From a virus (Duplodnaviria; Caudoviricetes): a DNA stretch of 64,000 nucleotides. Both the position numbers and the translations under genes were made by a program. Shown one piece after another: positions 29,771 through 39,166 of the stretch (within the stretch, counting starts at the first letter, position 1; every line of letters starts with the position of its first letter). The stretch is taken from IMG/VR virus record IMGVR_UViG_3300036863_000181, positions 1,951 through 65,950 of that record; one strand, written 5' to 3'. Below the pieces are notes generated by a model. That model had not been told where the DNA came from and searched no databases. It was given only the letters and a program-made list of their open reading frames with translations.

Positions 29771-29973
29771 TACTTAATAATTGATTTACGTACTATTCTT
29801 TTTACAAACCAGTTGGTCAACTTCTCAATAATGATAACTGAATACCGATGATTGAATATTTTGTATCCTGATAAAAAGATCAATGCATTTTTCAAGATGC
29901 ATATTTGCCTTTCCATTTTATCGATGTTAATAACATCTCGCACATGACCTTCATAATTTCCTATTCTACTCAT
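29770..29973 (-). CDS. Hypothetical protein
   Basis: 67-aa ORF filling the gap in the tail operon. Confidence 0.45.
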   Translation of the reverse strand: MSRIGNYEGHVRDVINIDKMERQICILKNALIFLSGYKIFNHRYSVIIIEKLTNWFVKRIVRKSIIK

Positions 29974-29975
29974 GG

Positions 29976-30680
29976 CTAGTTTTTAGAAAATGATTCAATC
30001 TGTTTTGCAGCTGATCTCATATCCTGGATCATGATAATAAATTCGCTTACCGTAGTTTCTTTCTTATTTACATGATACTTATTGAACCGGGATATAGAGA
30101 CGATAATTGTATCAAAATATTCCCGGGTAATTTCCCCTACGGAAGCATCAGGAATAAGCTTTTCCATTTCATTTTTCAAACTGAGGCCATCACCCAACCA
30201 CTTGTTTTTACGCGCTTCGATCACCGATAACTGTCTTGTAAATCCTTCGTCATCTTTTGGATCAAGATTAACAGGCATGCCATACCACTTAATTAATTCA
30301 TCGGCCCATTCCTTTCTGTACATGAACCTTAAAGATTTGATCAGGGCTGAAATAGTATTACATTTTGACTGAAGAATATTATAGTCCATGGCCAGTTTCT
30401 GAACATAGACCTGATCATCATCCCTCATTTTTTCCATGAACTGATCATCAATAATTTCCCAGGCACGGGCTAGTTCATCGGCCTCTGGCTGACCATCAAT
30501 TATCAGGGCTGTTAAATCCTTATCTACCTTACAGGAAATAAATCTATCCAACGGGAGTTGGTGAATATTGCGATATAATTTGGGTAATGGGGTAGCCGGC
30601 GGCAATGGCAAGTCTGATGAACTGGTACTGACCTTGTTCGTCTTTGTAAATTCCGACAGCTTCATTTTTTTCTTTCGCAT
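29976..30680 (-). CDS. Putative tail assembly chaperone
   Basis: Helical protein upstream of tape measure; start uncertain. Confidence 0.55.
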   Translation of the reverse strand: MRKKKMKLSEFTKTNKVSTSSSDLPLPPATPLPKLYRNIHQLPLDRFISCKVDKDLTALIIDGQPEADELARAWEIIDDQFMEKMRDDDQVYVQKLAMDYNILQSKCNTISALIKSLRFMYRKEWADELIKWYGMPVNLDPKDDEGFTRQLSVIEARKNKWLGDGLSLKNEMEKLIPDASVGEITREYFDTIIVSISRFNKYHVNKKETTVSEFIIMIQDMRSAAKQIESFSKN

Positions 30681-30759
30681 ATTCAGCTGCTTTATTGATC
30701 GCAGTTTTTAACTGCTCGTTATCTGATATCTGCTGCGCTTCGCATCCATGGCATGCCAT
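30544..30759 (-). CDS. Small CxxC protein
   Basis: MACHGC start 1 nt after the upstream stop; overlaps the next ORF. Confidence 0.55.
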   Translation of the reverse strand: MACHGCEAQQISDNEQLKTAINKAAEYAKEKNEAVGIYKDEQGQYQFIRLAIAAGYPITQIISQYSPTPVG

Positions 30760-30760
30760 A

Positions 30761-31201
30761 TTACCTTGTCATTAATCCGGTTTCGTTACTGATCAGCTGC
30801 TTAAGGACCGGTCCCATATCCTCATTCACATATATCTCATGGTTTTCATCATCCAACCCCCATATCTTATCGGAGTACTTTTGTTCGAGGTATGTGGCAT
30901 ACGACACATCACTATCTTCAACCAGGTCGGGGCCAATAACCTGCAATCTGTAAGCATCATGAAAACGATGTGTATCTCTGAGAGTCACCCTATCAGTTGG
31001 TTGCCCTTTTCTTCTTTTAATTGCTACAGTGCTCGCTGCATAAGGAGGTGTTATTTCTTGCCCGGTACTCAGTCTTCCGGCATACATCTGATCAGTATTC
31101 AACTTACCAAACTGTGCAGCCGTATCCTCGATCGCTATAGTCACAAGCGTTTCAATATCCAGGCTTTCAAATCTTTCTATTATATCAACTGGTGTAGCCA
31201 T
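30761..31201 (-). CDS. Tail completion/neck protein
   Basis: YAASTVAIKRRKG...VTLRDT motif; position in the tail operon. Confidence 0.65.
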   Translation of the reverse strand: MATPVDIIERFESLDIETLVTIAIEDTAAQFGKLNTDQMYAGRLSTGQEITPPYAASTVAIKRRKGQPTDRVTLRDTHRFHDAYRLQVIGPDLVEDSDVSYATYLEQKYSDKIWGLDDENHEIYVNEDMGPVLKQLISNETGLMTR

Positions 31202-31237
31202 AATAAAAAAAGGCAGGATATACCTGCCCCTGATATT

Positions 31238-31441
31238 TTAATCCTGCTTTGCAGGGGATGGGTCTGATTTGTCCGGGTCTTTAGTTCCGGTAATTAGATC
31301 ATAAACAAGTCCTAACGCCTTCTCTTTCTCGCCTTCAGGAATATGAAGCAAAAGACTATTAGCCCCGGCATCTGAAACAAACTTTTTTTTGCTCATCGCC
31401 TTTACTACCTCATCATTCCATCCTATTCCGTCAATAGTCAT
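31238..31441 (-). CDS. Hypothetical tail-operon protein
   Basis: 67-aa ORF directly after the major tail gene. Confidence 0.6.
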   Translation of the reverse strand: MTIDGIGWNDEVVKAMSKKKFVSDAGANSLLLHIPEGEKEKALGLVYDLITGTKDPDKSDPSPAKQD

Positions 31442-31443
31442 AG

Positions 31444-32409
31444 TTAGTTTTTAGCTATTGATACAGGAGCGAGTGTTTCATATCCAACAATCGGCGTAGC
31501 AAGGGCCGCCAATGCAGTAGGTCCAACCAGGCTAAAGCTGATATGCTGACCAACCGCAGGATAAGGTGGTGACGTAACGGTACATGCGATATTAACAGCC
31601 AGTCCGCTCGTTGCCAGCGTTACGCCTGTAATCGGAACTGTGAGCCCTGTTTCTGTATTGAATGCTCTCCATGCAGCAGTCTGTAAGATTGGAACAGGTA
31701 ACAGAGAAGCAAGATTTGTCTTATCATCGCCTGCAACAGGAGTAATGATATACGTTCCAGGAGTAGCTGAGCCAACGCCGGTAAGAACAACATCTTTCAA
31801 CCCGGTAACAGAAAGAATATCAAATCCCGGGTCAGTGATATAAGCAATCTGCTCATTTACATATTGAGGCAGAAACCTGAATTTAATCCAGTATTCAGAA
31901 GTTTTCTTTCCATCGTTGGGCATGAAAGGATCTGTGTACAGGTTTACTGGTGGAATGGCACCAATTGAAGGAGCACCAGTAAGATCGTTTGCTGTAGTGC
32001 CAATTAATTGGCCTTTTGAATCAACGAATAAGAACCAGTTTGAAGCACCATTGAAAGAACGCAGACGGTTACTCAGATTCAACCCGCCCAAACGGAAACG
32101 AAACTGCCAGTCATACACACCATCACGAACAGTTTCTACCTGTCCGTATCCAAACTTTTCTTCTACCGCACCTTCTGAATTTGATTTGAAATCAAAGAAA
32201 TTGGCTACCGGGAAAATTCTTGTTGCCTTTGAATCGCTTTCAGAATCGGCAATAAGCTTTGCCTGAAGTGTTGCGAGACTTGCTGCTGGTATAACGTAAT
32301 TAGGCGGGCAAAGGAAGGAGCCTGTAAAATTCTTAGGATCAAAATAACAAGATCCTATGCCCGTATTCCTGGCACCGGTCACGCACTGTAAAGTATTAAG
32401 AGTAGCCAT
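31444..32409 (-). CDS. Major tail tube protein (putative)
   Basis: Size, position, NTGIGSC N-terminus, Ig-like C-terminal extension. Confidence 0.65.
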   Translation of the reverse strand: MATLNTLQCVTGARNTGIGSCYFDPKNFTGSFLCPPNYVIPAASLATLQAKLIADSESDSKATRIFPVANFFDFKSNSEGAVEEKFGYGQVETVRDGVYDWQFRFRLGGLNLSNRLRSFNGASNWFLFVDSKGQLIGTTANDLTGAPSIGAIPPVNLYTDPFMPNDGKKTSEYWIKFRFLPQYVNEQIAYITDPGFDILSVTGLKDVVLTGVGSATPGTYIITPVAGDDKTNLASLLPVPILQTAAWRAFNTETGLTVPITGVTLATSGLAVNIACTVTSPPYPAVGQHISFSLVGPTALAALATPIVGYETLAPVSIAKN

Positions 32410-32423
32410 AATATTTTTTTATT

Positions 32424-32987
32424 TTAACAATCATTCAAATCAAAAAGCAGGTCCATGTTAATCCTGAAACAATGAAGCGGGTGTATATCCCCGAACGTGA
32501 TCATACCGGGTCTTAGCCAACCATCAAACTCAGCAAAAACATTTTTGAAGCCTGTTACTATTTCAGTCATTTCGAAACTGAACTTTCCCAACTGCAAAAG
32601 GAGTTCAACATCTTTTCTTACTTCTGCATCGGCTCGATGCTGAATATTTGGTTTCAGTTTCTGAATATTAACAATGAACAACAGACAAACCCGGGCCCTG
32701 GAATTTCCTTTATCGTACTTAGTATTATCATGGTGGAAAAAACCAATAGCCTTATTAACTGTCTCATCAAAGAACGCTTCTTTGTAAGCCGTTTGACCAT
32801 TGGCAGAATCACCGACAAATACTTCAGGTATATATCCTTTATCAACACTATTTCTGTAGCAACGGCCATACATGTCAAAGTCCGTATCACTCACTCCCCA
32901 TGTGGTTTTTAAGCCACTGTATAAGAACTGCTGTAATTTCTGGATCGGAATATCGATCTCTACAGGGCTGGTTTTAAGCGGTATCAT
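32424..32987 (-). CDS. Tail terminator/head-tail joining protein (putative)
   Basis: Position upstream of the major tail gene. Confidence 0.55.
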   Translation of the reverse strand: MIPLKTSPVEIDIPIQKLQQFLYSGLKTTWGVSDTDFDMYGRCYRNSVDKGYIPEVFVGDSANGQTAYKEAFFDETVNKAIGFFHHDNTKYDKGNSRARVCLLFIVNIQKLKPNIQHRADAEVRKDVELLLQLGKFSFEMTEIVTGFKNVFAEFDGWLRPGMITFGDIHPLHCFRINMDLLFDLNDC

Positions 32988-32992
32988 CTACC

Positions 32993-33292
32993 TTATTTTC
33001 CAGTTAGCTGCCTAATTCTTGCAGCACCTGCTTCCAAAACATCTTTTCGTTGTTCACCAACCAAAAGTTTTTCAACCTCTGCCTGGGTTTTACTGGCATT
33101 GATCGCGACAATGGCCTGGTTTTTTGCCACAGTTGCCTTTTGATCGGTATTATCATCATCCTTCATCACATTTTCTCTTTTCACTTCCTTTCCACCATTA
33201 TGTGGATGCAGATGATGATTGCCGTCAGCTGTAATCCATATAGTATCTACATGTGGTAATGCTGTAAATACTTCTTTCGGATTTGATGCCAT
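32993..33292 (-). CDS. Hypothetical head-region protein
   Basis: 99-aa ORF after the decoration gene. Confidence 0.6.
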   Translation of the reverse strand: MASNPKEVFTALPHVDTIWITADGNHHLHPHNGGKEVKRENVMKDDDNTDQKATVAKNQAIVAINASKTQAEVEKLLVGEQRKDVLEAGAARIRQLTGK

Positions 33293-33318
33293 ATATAAAA
33301 TTTTACGTTGTTAAAAAA

Positions 33319-33711
33319 TTATGCTGTTACTGTCCGACCTCTTTCTACCCATGCAGTTCCGTTGAACATGAAACTTGCATTGGCTGTTTTAGCCGTTGTC
33401 ACAGACAATGTACCATTGGGTAAAAAGCCGGTACCGAATGTTACCACGCGGGTAGTACCATCGGGTGTGAAAAGGAAGTCCAGAATATCACCTATAAAAG
33501 GTGGATTGCCTGCTGATCCAACGCCAGCTGTTACTGTCAAAGCGCCTGTTAATGTCCCCGGTTTTACCAGGGTATATGCCGCATATGGTGCAAGCGCTAT
33601 AGTAGCGGCATAAGCCGGTTCCAGGTACTGGTTATTCCTGGTCCTGTCGGTATTGTCAGTACCAGAATTAATAGCACCAATATTATTTGTAAATCTTGCT
33701 GTAGTAGCCAT
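33319..33711 (-). CDS. Capsid decoration protein (putative)
   Basis: Thr/Ala/Gly-rich beta protein directly after the capsid gene. Confidence 0.55.
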   Translation of the reverse strand: MATTARFTNNIGAINSGTDNTDRTRNNQYLEPAYAATIALAPYAAYTLVKPGTLTGALTVTAGVGSAGNPPFIGDILDFLFTPDGTTRVVTFGTGFLPNGTLSVTTAKTANASFMFNGTAWVERGRTVTA

Positions 33712-33743
33712 GATAAAATATTTTGATCGTTATAAGATCGTTT

Positions 33744-34754
33744 TTATGCAGTGAATGAACCAGCAGTCAGCGTGGTGAACAAAAATGCCTGTTCGCTGAA
33801 CCCGTACTGTACGTCATATTTCATCAACCCTTTTAAGAAAAAGATTTCTGAATTATTCTGGAGTCTCATCAACTGCAGGTTATTATCTTCAGTCGAGTTC
33901 ATACCTACGTAGAGGTTAGAACTGGTATCATCCAATGCCTCGCAGAACAGGATTGTATCATCTGCAATACCAGCCAGTGGCACGATTTCGTATCCCTTGA
34001 ATTTGTTAATACCCTGTTCTGTAGTATTAACACCCTTGAATGTCAGGGTAGTGGTCAGGAAAGTCTGGTAAATCTGTTCGGAGTTTACCGACATTATAAA
34101 TTTGAGACGCTGATACCTGGCAGGTCTGCTCAGTAAAGCCTTTTTGTTTATCGCAGCCAGTGAAAGAAGTGAATTCATTGCATCCACTATATTGGTGTGC
34201 GATCCATCGGTTACTCCGGCCGTCAATGGCAATGGGCTTGCTACTTTGAGAACAGCAGCATCAGCCACCATCTTTTTCAGGAAGCCATCGAAGAATACTA
34301 GCTGACCGTTACCGGCTGAACCTGGTGCGGCGGTATAGGTTGTTGATCCCATCCATATACCATTTTCCAGTTGTTCCATTGCCCTTCCCAAGCCAATCTG
34401 CATCATGTAATTCTCAGCAGTTACCGGAACTTCACGTGCCAGCAACGTTGGGCTTAGTTGTTCGGCTAACCAGTGCTGTTCGAAGTCACGTGGGTTAAAT
34501 TCCGTATACAACATCATGTCAGCTGGCGTGAGTACGCGGCCATCTACGGTAAATGAGCCACTCGATGTTGGGGTAGCGGTGCGCCTCTGTAAAGGGTTGG
34601 CGAAGTCCACCCGTCCAATGGTGTGCGCCTTTTTAATTCCATCCTGTACATATACTGCACCTTTTTGGATAGTATCCATTGCAAAGGTTGCAGGAAGCCA
34701 GAAGTAGGAAGCAAAGGTTCCGGCGTAGGCGGTATCATTGATAACTAAAGCCAT
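33744..34754 (-). CDS. Major capsid protein
   Basis: 336 aa following the protease/scaffold gene; FFDGFLK motif. Confidence 0.8.
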   Translation of the reverse strand: MALVINDTAYAGTFASYFWLPATFAMDTIQKGAVYVQDGIKKAHTIGRVDFANPLQRRTATPTSSGSFTVDGRVLTPADMMLYTEFNPRDFEQHWLAEQLSPTLLAREVPVTAENYMMQIGLGRAMEQLENGIWMGSTTYTAAPGSAGNGQLVFFDGFLKKMVADAAVLKVASPLPLTAGVTDGSHTNIVDAMNSLLSLAAINKKALLSRPARYQRLKFIMSVNSEQIYQTFLTTTLTFKGVNTTEQGINKFKGYEIVPLAGIADDTILFCEALDDTSSNLYVGMNSTEDNNLQLMRLQNNSEIFFLKGLMKYDVQYGFSEQAFLFTTLTAGSFTA

Positions 34755-34804
34755 AGTATGTTATTTTAATTGCTAAGTTTTTTAGCAAGTGTTTACAAAA
34801 AAAA

Positions 34805-36013
34805 TCAGGCGAGTTTCCCTTCCCTACGCAGCTTGTTTTTAACCGCGAGTCCCATTGCGTTGGTCGGTATTTCTTTATCTCCCAGCTTATTTTCAATCGG
34901 AATCACAGGAGCCTTTACATTGAGTGGCAGGGCTTCAATCATTTCCTTGGTACCTGCGAGATCGGCTTTTGCCAGGGCAACCCACTTTTCAATTACCGGT
35001 GCTTCATTTTTGATCCGGCCTATCTTGGCGAAATTTTCAACCATTGCTTTTGCGGCAACATTCTTTGCTTCTTCTTCAGCAGCTTTCTTTTCATTGGTCA
35101 TCGCATCGAGTGCTGCTTTGCAATCATCATAAGCCTTTTGCTTGGCGGCAAGTTCAGCCTTCATCTTATCCATGTCCTCTTTTGCCTTATCGGTTGCGGC
35201 TTTTGCTGCATCAACTTCAGCCTTTGTGGCATTGGTCAATTCTTTCAGTGCTTTATCGCTACTGATCTGCAAGGCCAGAAGATCTGTTTCAGCTTTGTAA
35301 GCTTTGTCTTCAATGGATTTGATTGCAGTAACAATATTGTCTTCACTGGCTGCTTCATTCAGACCCAGTTTCATTGTTATCTTAGTAAGTGCCATATTTG
35401 AATTATTTGGATGAAATAAACTATTTAAGATTTCGTTTCCGGCCATCCACATCGCTTTTGCCGTTGATGGCATGTGCCTCTGGTTTGTTTCACTCGTCAC
35501 TTCAATGTCTGTACAAAACCCCTTTTCAAAACATTCAGCCGATGTTAACCAGGTTGTGCGGTCCATTAAATACCTGACATCTTTCTCACTGAGGTTTGAT
35601 TTTGCCGAAAGCAAGGTCACAATCGAATTTCCAAGAGCGTCGAGTGCTTTCTTGTCTTCTCCCCCAGCTGGCGGATGGATCATAAGTGTTGAGTAGTCGG
35701 CCATTACTCTTTTTCGCCCGGTCATAAACAACACTCCTGCTATACTTGCACAAACGCCGGCATTGTAAGTATCTACCGGAGTTTTGGATTTCAGCACTGC
35801 ATTACACATTGCGAAACCGTCAAGAACACTACCACCAGGTGAATTAATCCAAACCTGAATACGCTTTTTCCCCATTGAATCAAGAAGTAAGAGCTCAGCC
35901 TGAAATTCTGCCCCGTCTACTCCTTTTCCGGAACACGGGTCCCGGCCAATAAAATCACTGACCAGCATAATTGGCTCATCAGCACTCGGATCAACGGTGT
36001 ATAGGAATTCCAT
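34805..36013 (-). CDS. ClpP-type prohead protease fused to scaffold
   Basis: INSPGGSV, CASIA and LMIHPP motifs; Ala/Lys-rich coiled-coil C-terminus. Confidence 0.9.
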   Translation of the reverse strand: MEFLYTVDPSADEPIMLVSDFIGRDPCSGKGVDGAEFQAELLLLDSMGKKRIQVWINSPGGSVLDGFAMCNAVLKSKTPVDTYNAGVCASIAGVLFMTGRKRVMADYSTLMIHPPAGGEDKKALDALGNSIVTLLSAKSNLSEKDVRYLMDRTTWLTSAECFEKGFCTDIEVTSETNQRHMPSTAKAMWMAGNEILNSLFHPNNSNMALTKITMKLGLNEAASEDNIVTAIKSIEDKAYKAETDLLALQISSDKALKELTNATKAEVDAAKAATDKAKEDMDKMKAELAAKQKAYDDCKAALDAMTNEKKAAEEEAKNVAAKAMVENFAKIGRIKNEAPVIEKWVALAKADLAGTKEMIEALPLNVKAPVIPIENKLGDKEIPTNAMGLAVKNKLRREGKLA

Positions 36014-36069
36014 GCTACCGTAAAAGTAGAAAGCTGAAAAATGAAGTGGGGAAAAGTGTTACACCTTTT

Positions 36070-36264
36070 TTAGTAGTTGTTCTTACTGACCTCTTTGAGA
36101 AGGCGCTTTTTTTCATCAGCCGGTAGGCTGTCTATAAAGCATTTTATTGCCTGAACACCGGCTTTTGATTCGCTGGTTTCGTTTATTTTGGCATAGGCCT
36201 TTATAAGCCCTGCATATTTAGTAGGTGGAAAACAGGTAACGCGTCTGTCTTTAGCTACACTCAT
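36070..36264 (-). CDS. Small putative DNA-binding (RHH-like) protein
   Basis: MSVAKDRRVTCF strand-helix-helix pattern; start overlaps the upstream stop. Confidence 0.45.
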   Translation of the reverse strand: MSVAKDRRVTCFPPTKYAGLIKAYAKINETSESKAGVQAIKCFIDSLPADEKKRLLKEVSKNNY

Positions 36265-36446
36265 AATTTGACTCTTTGAAAAAACAATCTCTTCTGCCTG
36301 GCAGCTTCGGTTATCAATCTCAGGTGAAAAAGACAATAACTATGCTTTTCCTCTATCACCAGTTCAACAATAAGCTTAACATGTCCCGGGGTTTCTGCCC
36401 AGCGGAGTTGTTCGATGATTTCGGGGAAGGTATAGGTTGGGTTCAT
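36261..36446 (-). CDS. Hypothetical protein
   Basis: 61-aa ORF coupled to neighbours. Confidence 0.55.
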   Translation of the reverse strand: MNPTYTFPEIIEQLRWAETPGHVKLIVELVIEEKHSYCLFHLRLITEAARQKRLFFQRVKL

Positions 36447-36859
36447 TATATCTTATCGATTATAATATTTTTATCACCGAGCCAAATACTATCATAAATA
36501 TCTGAATGCTCATCAAATATTCCGACCCATTCAATAGTCGATTCTAATTTAGTTATCAAGAATACTTCCGCCGTCTCAATCCATGCTAAATAGTAAGATT
36601 TATTCAAAGGGTCCTGCATCGTTTCTTTTTCAAACTCCTGATCAGTTAAGTTGTATAGCAGGGTCTTTCGCTCCTGTAAGCAATTTAAAAATACTTGATA
36701 CGTCTGCTCGCCTTCCGGAAGCTCATTGCCTTTAATATCTTCATTAAATACATAATACCGGTCTAAAGACCTGCCTTTATAATTTCCGGTTTTGAGTTTT
36801 GCTATTATCGCGCAGTCGGTGCCCATGCTAATTCTGTTTTTGCACTGGTGTAAATTCAA
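36446..36859 (-). CDS. Hypothetical protein
   Basis: ORF track; start may be MGTDC. Confidence 0.6.
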   Translation of the reverse strand: MNLHQCKNRISMGTDCAIIAKLKTGNYKGRSLDRYYVFNEDIKGNELPEGEQTYQVFLNCLQERKTLLYNLTDQEFEKETMQDPLNKSYYLAWIETAEVFLITKLESTIEWVGIFDEHSDIYDSIWLGDKNIIIDKI

Positions 36860-37103
36860 CCCTAAATTTACTATTTTCCTCCACGTACCTTACTACACCG
36901 ATCTTAATTCCATTATAAAGTAACTGATAACTTCCATCCCAGGGATCGCTTAATATCTGGCCACAAGCTTTTGCATCATCCATAGTCGGCTCACGATCCA
37001 GCAAATTGCGTAATACCCCCTTAATGCATTCTTCTTCACACCTGATCTTTTGACGGGTTAATGCATCCTGCAGCCGGCGTTCTATTTCTGTAGTGGTGGT
37101 CAT
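36828..37103 (-). CDS. Hypothetical protein
   Basis: ORF track; coupled overlap. Confidence 0.6.
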   Translation of the reverse strand: MTTTTEIERRLQDALTRQKIRCEEECIKGVLRNLLDREPTMDDAKACGQILSDPWDGSYQLLYNGIKIGVVRYVEENSKFRVEFTPVQKQN

Positions 37104-37384
37104 TTATATTGAATATTATTTAGCCTTCTCCATCGGCGTTCATTATGAAATTGTATCTTCCAAAACCTAATATACATAAACCAATAACAATGTTGTTTCT
37201 GATAATCACCATTAGCTAGATAAATATGAAATGGTCTAATTTTTAAGATGAACCAAAACCCTTTAATTCGGAAATGGATAATACAAATTGGCTTAACCTC
37301 TTTTTCAATTTTTGGGTAATTTCCAAACTGAGTAACTATTGATTCAATAGTAATTCTTTGTGGTATTGGTAATTTATCGCTCAT
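37100..37384 (-). CDS. Hypothetical aromatic/basic protein
   Basis: ORF track. Confidence 0.5.
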   Translation of the reverse strand: MSDKLPIPQRITIESIVTQFGNYPKIEKEVKPICIIHFRIKGFWFILKIRPFHIYLANGDYQKQHCYWFMYIRFWKIQFHNERRWRRLNNIQYK

Positions 37385-37529
37385 CGCATAATTATTTTAA
37401 CCATATTGAAACAATGAACTATTCTGGCAACAAAAGAAGCTTTATTCATCAGCCTATACTACACCATGATGAATGCTGGCAAGCGCCTCAACCTTGCCCA
37501 ACGACTTCTAATTTTTATATACACTTCCA

Positions 37530-38927
37530 TTATTCAACAATAACCTCATCTTTTTTTGGCTTGCCGTTCCCGTTCTTCCCTGGTACCGGCAAATTCGGAT
37601 CATTCAGCGGATTAAAAACAGGCGCTGGCGCTTCGGCCTTCACTACATTGATACCCGTTCTTTCCGAGAAGTATTTCCAATCAGGTTCGCCGCCAGCATC
37701 TTTGATCGTCTTCATAATATCAGCCGTCTTTTTATTACTATCGTCTTCCCTTGCCCGGAATTCTTCTTCCTCACCGCTATTCAAAAATTCAAAATGATAA
37801 CCTACCGGTATATTGAACCCCTGCTTTATCATCCTGGGTAGAAGTTCACTATTGGTAATTCCTTGTGCAAAAATGCCGTCTTTAGTCTGTATATCTTCCA
37901 ATGCTGAGGCGACGGGGCCTTTATCGCCCTGGCCTGCACCAAGTTTACCAGGTGTGCTATCAAGAGCATCGGCATGACCGAGAAGCACTTTTGAGATTTT
38001 AGCCTCTAGCCGTTTTTCAAAATCTTCAAAAGTCATAAACCCACGTCCTGCTGAATTGTGTTCAAGCAGCGTTACTTCATCCCCCTGCAGGTCCATGAGC
38101 ATGTAAGCATTTTGGCCGAGATCACGTAACCCGGCTTCGAATGCATCTTGCTCTTCACCAATTTTATTTGTCTTACCAACCCTTATTGGCTGACCATAAA
38201 GCTCAACGTAATCAGCATTGTAAGCTGTATTGTTACGGAGATATATTTCGGTCTTCGCTATCTTATAAAGAAGGCCATAGCCGCAGTTGCTGACCCCGAG
38301 TTCTGTTGGTGTAGGCACCCATATATTCCAGTCTTTCAACGGATCTTCCAGGAACGGTTGACCCGATAATGAGTAAACGAGAGCTGCTACATTTAATCTG
38401 TCAGGAGATATATTGTGCCTGCGTATTATTGTAAGATCAGGAAAGGCATCATTGACCACATCACCCAGATAAATGAGCGAGTACCCATAAAACTGGGCAT
38501 CCAAAACATAAGTGAGGTAATTGTCAAACCATGCTGTGTTTTTTCCTGTCTCACTATCGCGGAATATTTTCTTTGCATTTTTATCCTCATTACCGTCTGC
38601 ATCACATATTTTAAAATCTCTTAGCAAAGTAAGATTACGACGGCGATCCATACACGAGAAAACATGCTCATTGAGCACAGTATTCATGAACATTCGTTGC
38701 TGTCGTACACGGTGAGGATACCAGGCATTTTCCGCTTCAATCACTGCTTCAAACCACATCTGGATATCATGACGCAGCCGTTGTAATTGAACCTTGGCTA
38801 TATGTCTGTTAGGGTTATTTGGATTGGTGGTTTCGATCCGGGACTGCAGCGAGGTAGACTGGGTACCTGCCTGAGTAACTTTTGGCGGGAAGAAATAATT
38901 TTTTATTTTACTTAGTGGATTTGGCAT
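37530..38927 (-). CDS. Portal protein (DUF935 / Mu gp29-like)
   Basis: DAQFYGYSLI, ELYGQPIRVGKT and ISKVLLG motifs. Confidence 0.85.
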   Translation of the reverse strand: MPNPLSKIKNYFFPPKVTQAGTQSTSLQSRIETTNPNNPNRHIAKVQLQRLRHDIQMWFEAVIEAENAWYPHRVRQQRMFMNTVLNEHVFSCMDRRRNLTLLRDFKICDADGNEDKNAKKIFRDSETGKNTAWFDNYLTYVLDAQFYGYSLIYLGDVVNDAFPDLTIIRRHNISPDRLNVAALVYSLSGQPFLEDPLKDWNIWVPTPTELGVSNCGYGLLYKIAKTEIYLRNNTAYNADYVELYGQPIRVGKTNKIGEEQDAFEAGLRDLGQNAYMLMDLQGDEVTLLEHNSAGRGFMTFEDFEKRLEAKISKVLLGHADALDSTPGKLGAGQGDKGPVASALEDIQTKDGIFAQGITNSELLPRMIKQGFNIPVGYHFEFLNSGEEEEFRAREDDSNKKTADIMKTIKDAGGEPDWKYFSERTGINVVKAEAPAPVFNPLNDPNLPVPGKNGNGKPKKDEVIVE

Positions 38928-38929
38928 TC

Positions 38930-39166
38930 TTAATTCAGTTGGATGGTTTCATAATCAACTTGGTTCTTCCAATCAGGCTCATACGCTCCTATCTCACAAG
39001 GAATTTCCGCAATCAGTTCACCAATGACTTTTAAGTGCCCGGCATTTTTGTCACACCATTGCTGCGCAAGTTCTGCTGTTGGTGCAGAAATATTTTCCCC
39101 TGCCCATGTTTTCATCAGGCCAGTAGACGCTTCAAATGCCCGGAACTCTGTTACCCATTGTCTCAT
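38930..39166 (-). CDS. Hypothetical protein
   Basis: 78-aa ORF coupled to neighbours. Confidence 0.6.
   Translation of the reverse strand: MRQWVTEFRAFEASTGLMKTWAGENISAPTAELAQQWCDKNAGHLKVIGELIAEIPCEIGAYEPDWKNQVDYETIQLN

Noticed and set aside
30544-30759. Programmed -1 frameshift (lambda G/GT type) at A AAA AAT near 30664-30670
   Set aside because: The downstream 234-aa ORF is in the +1 frame, not -1, and has its own ATGs; the overlap remains unexplained
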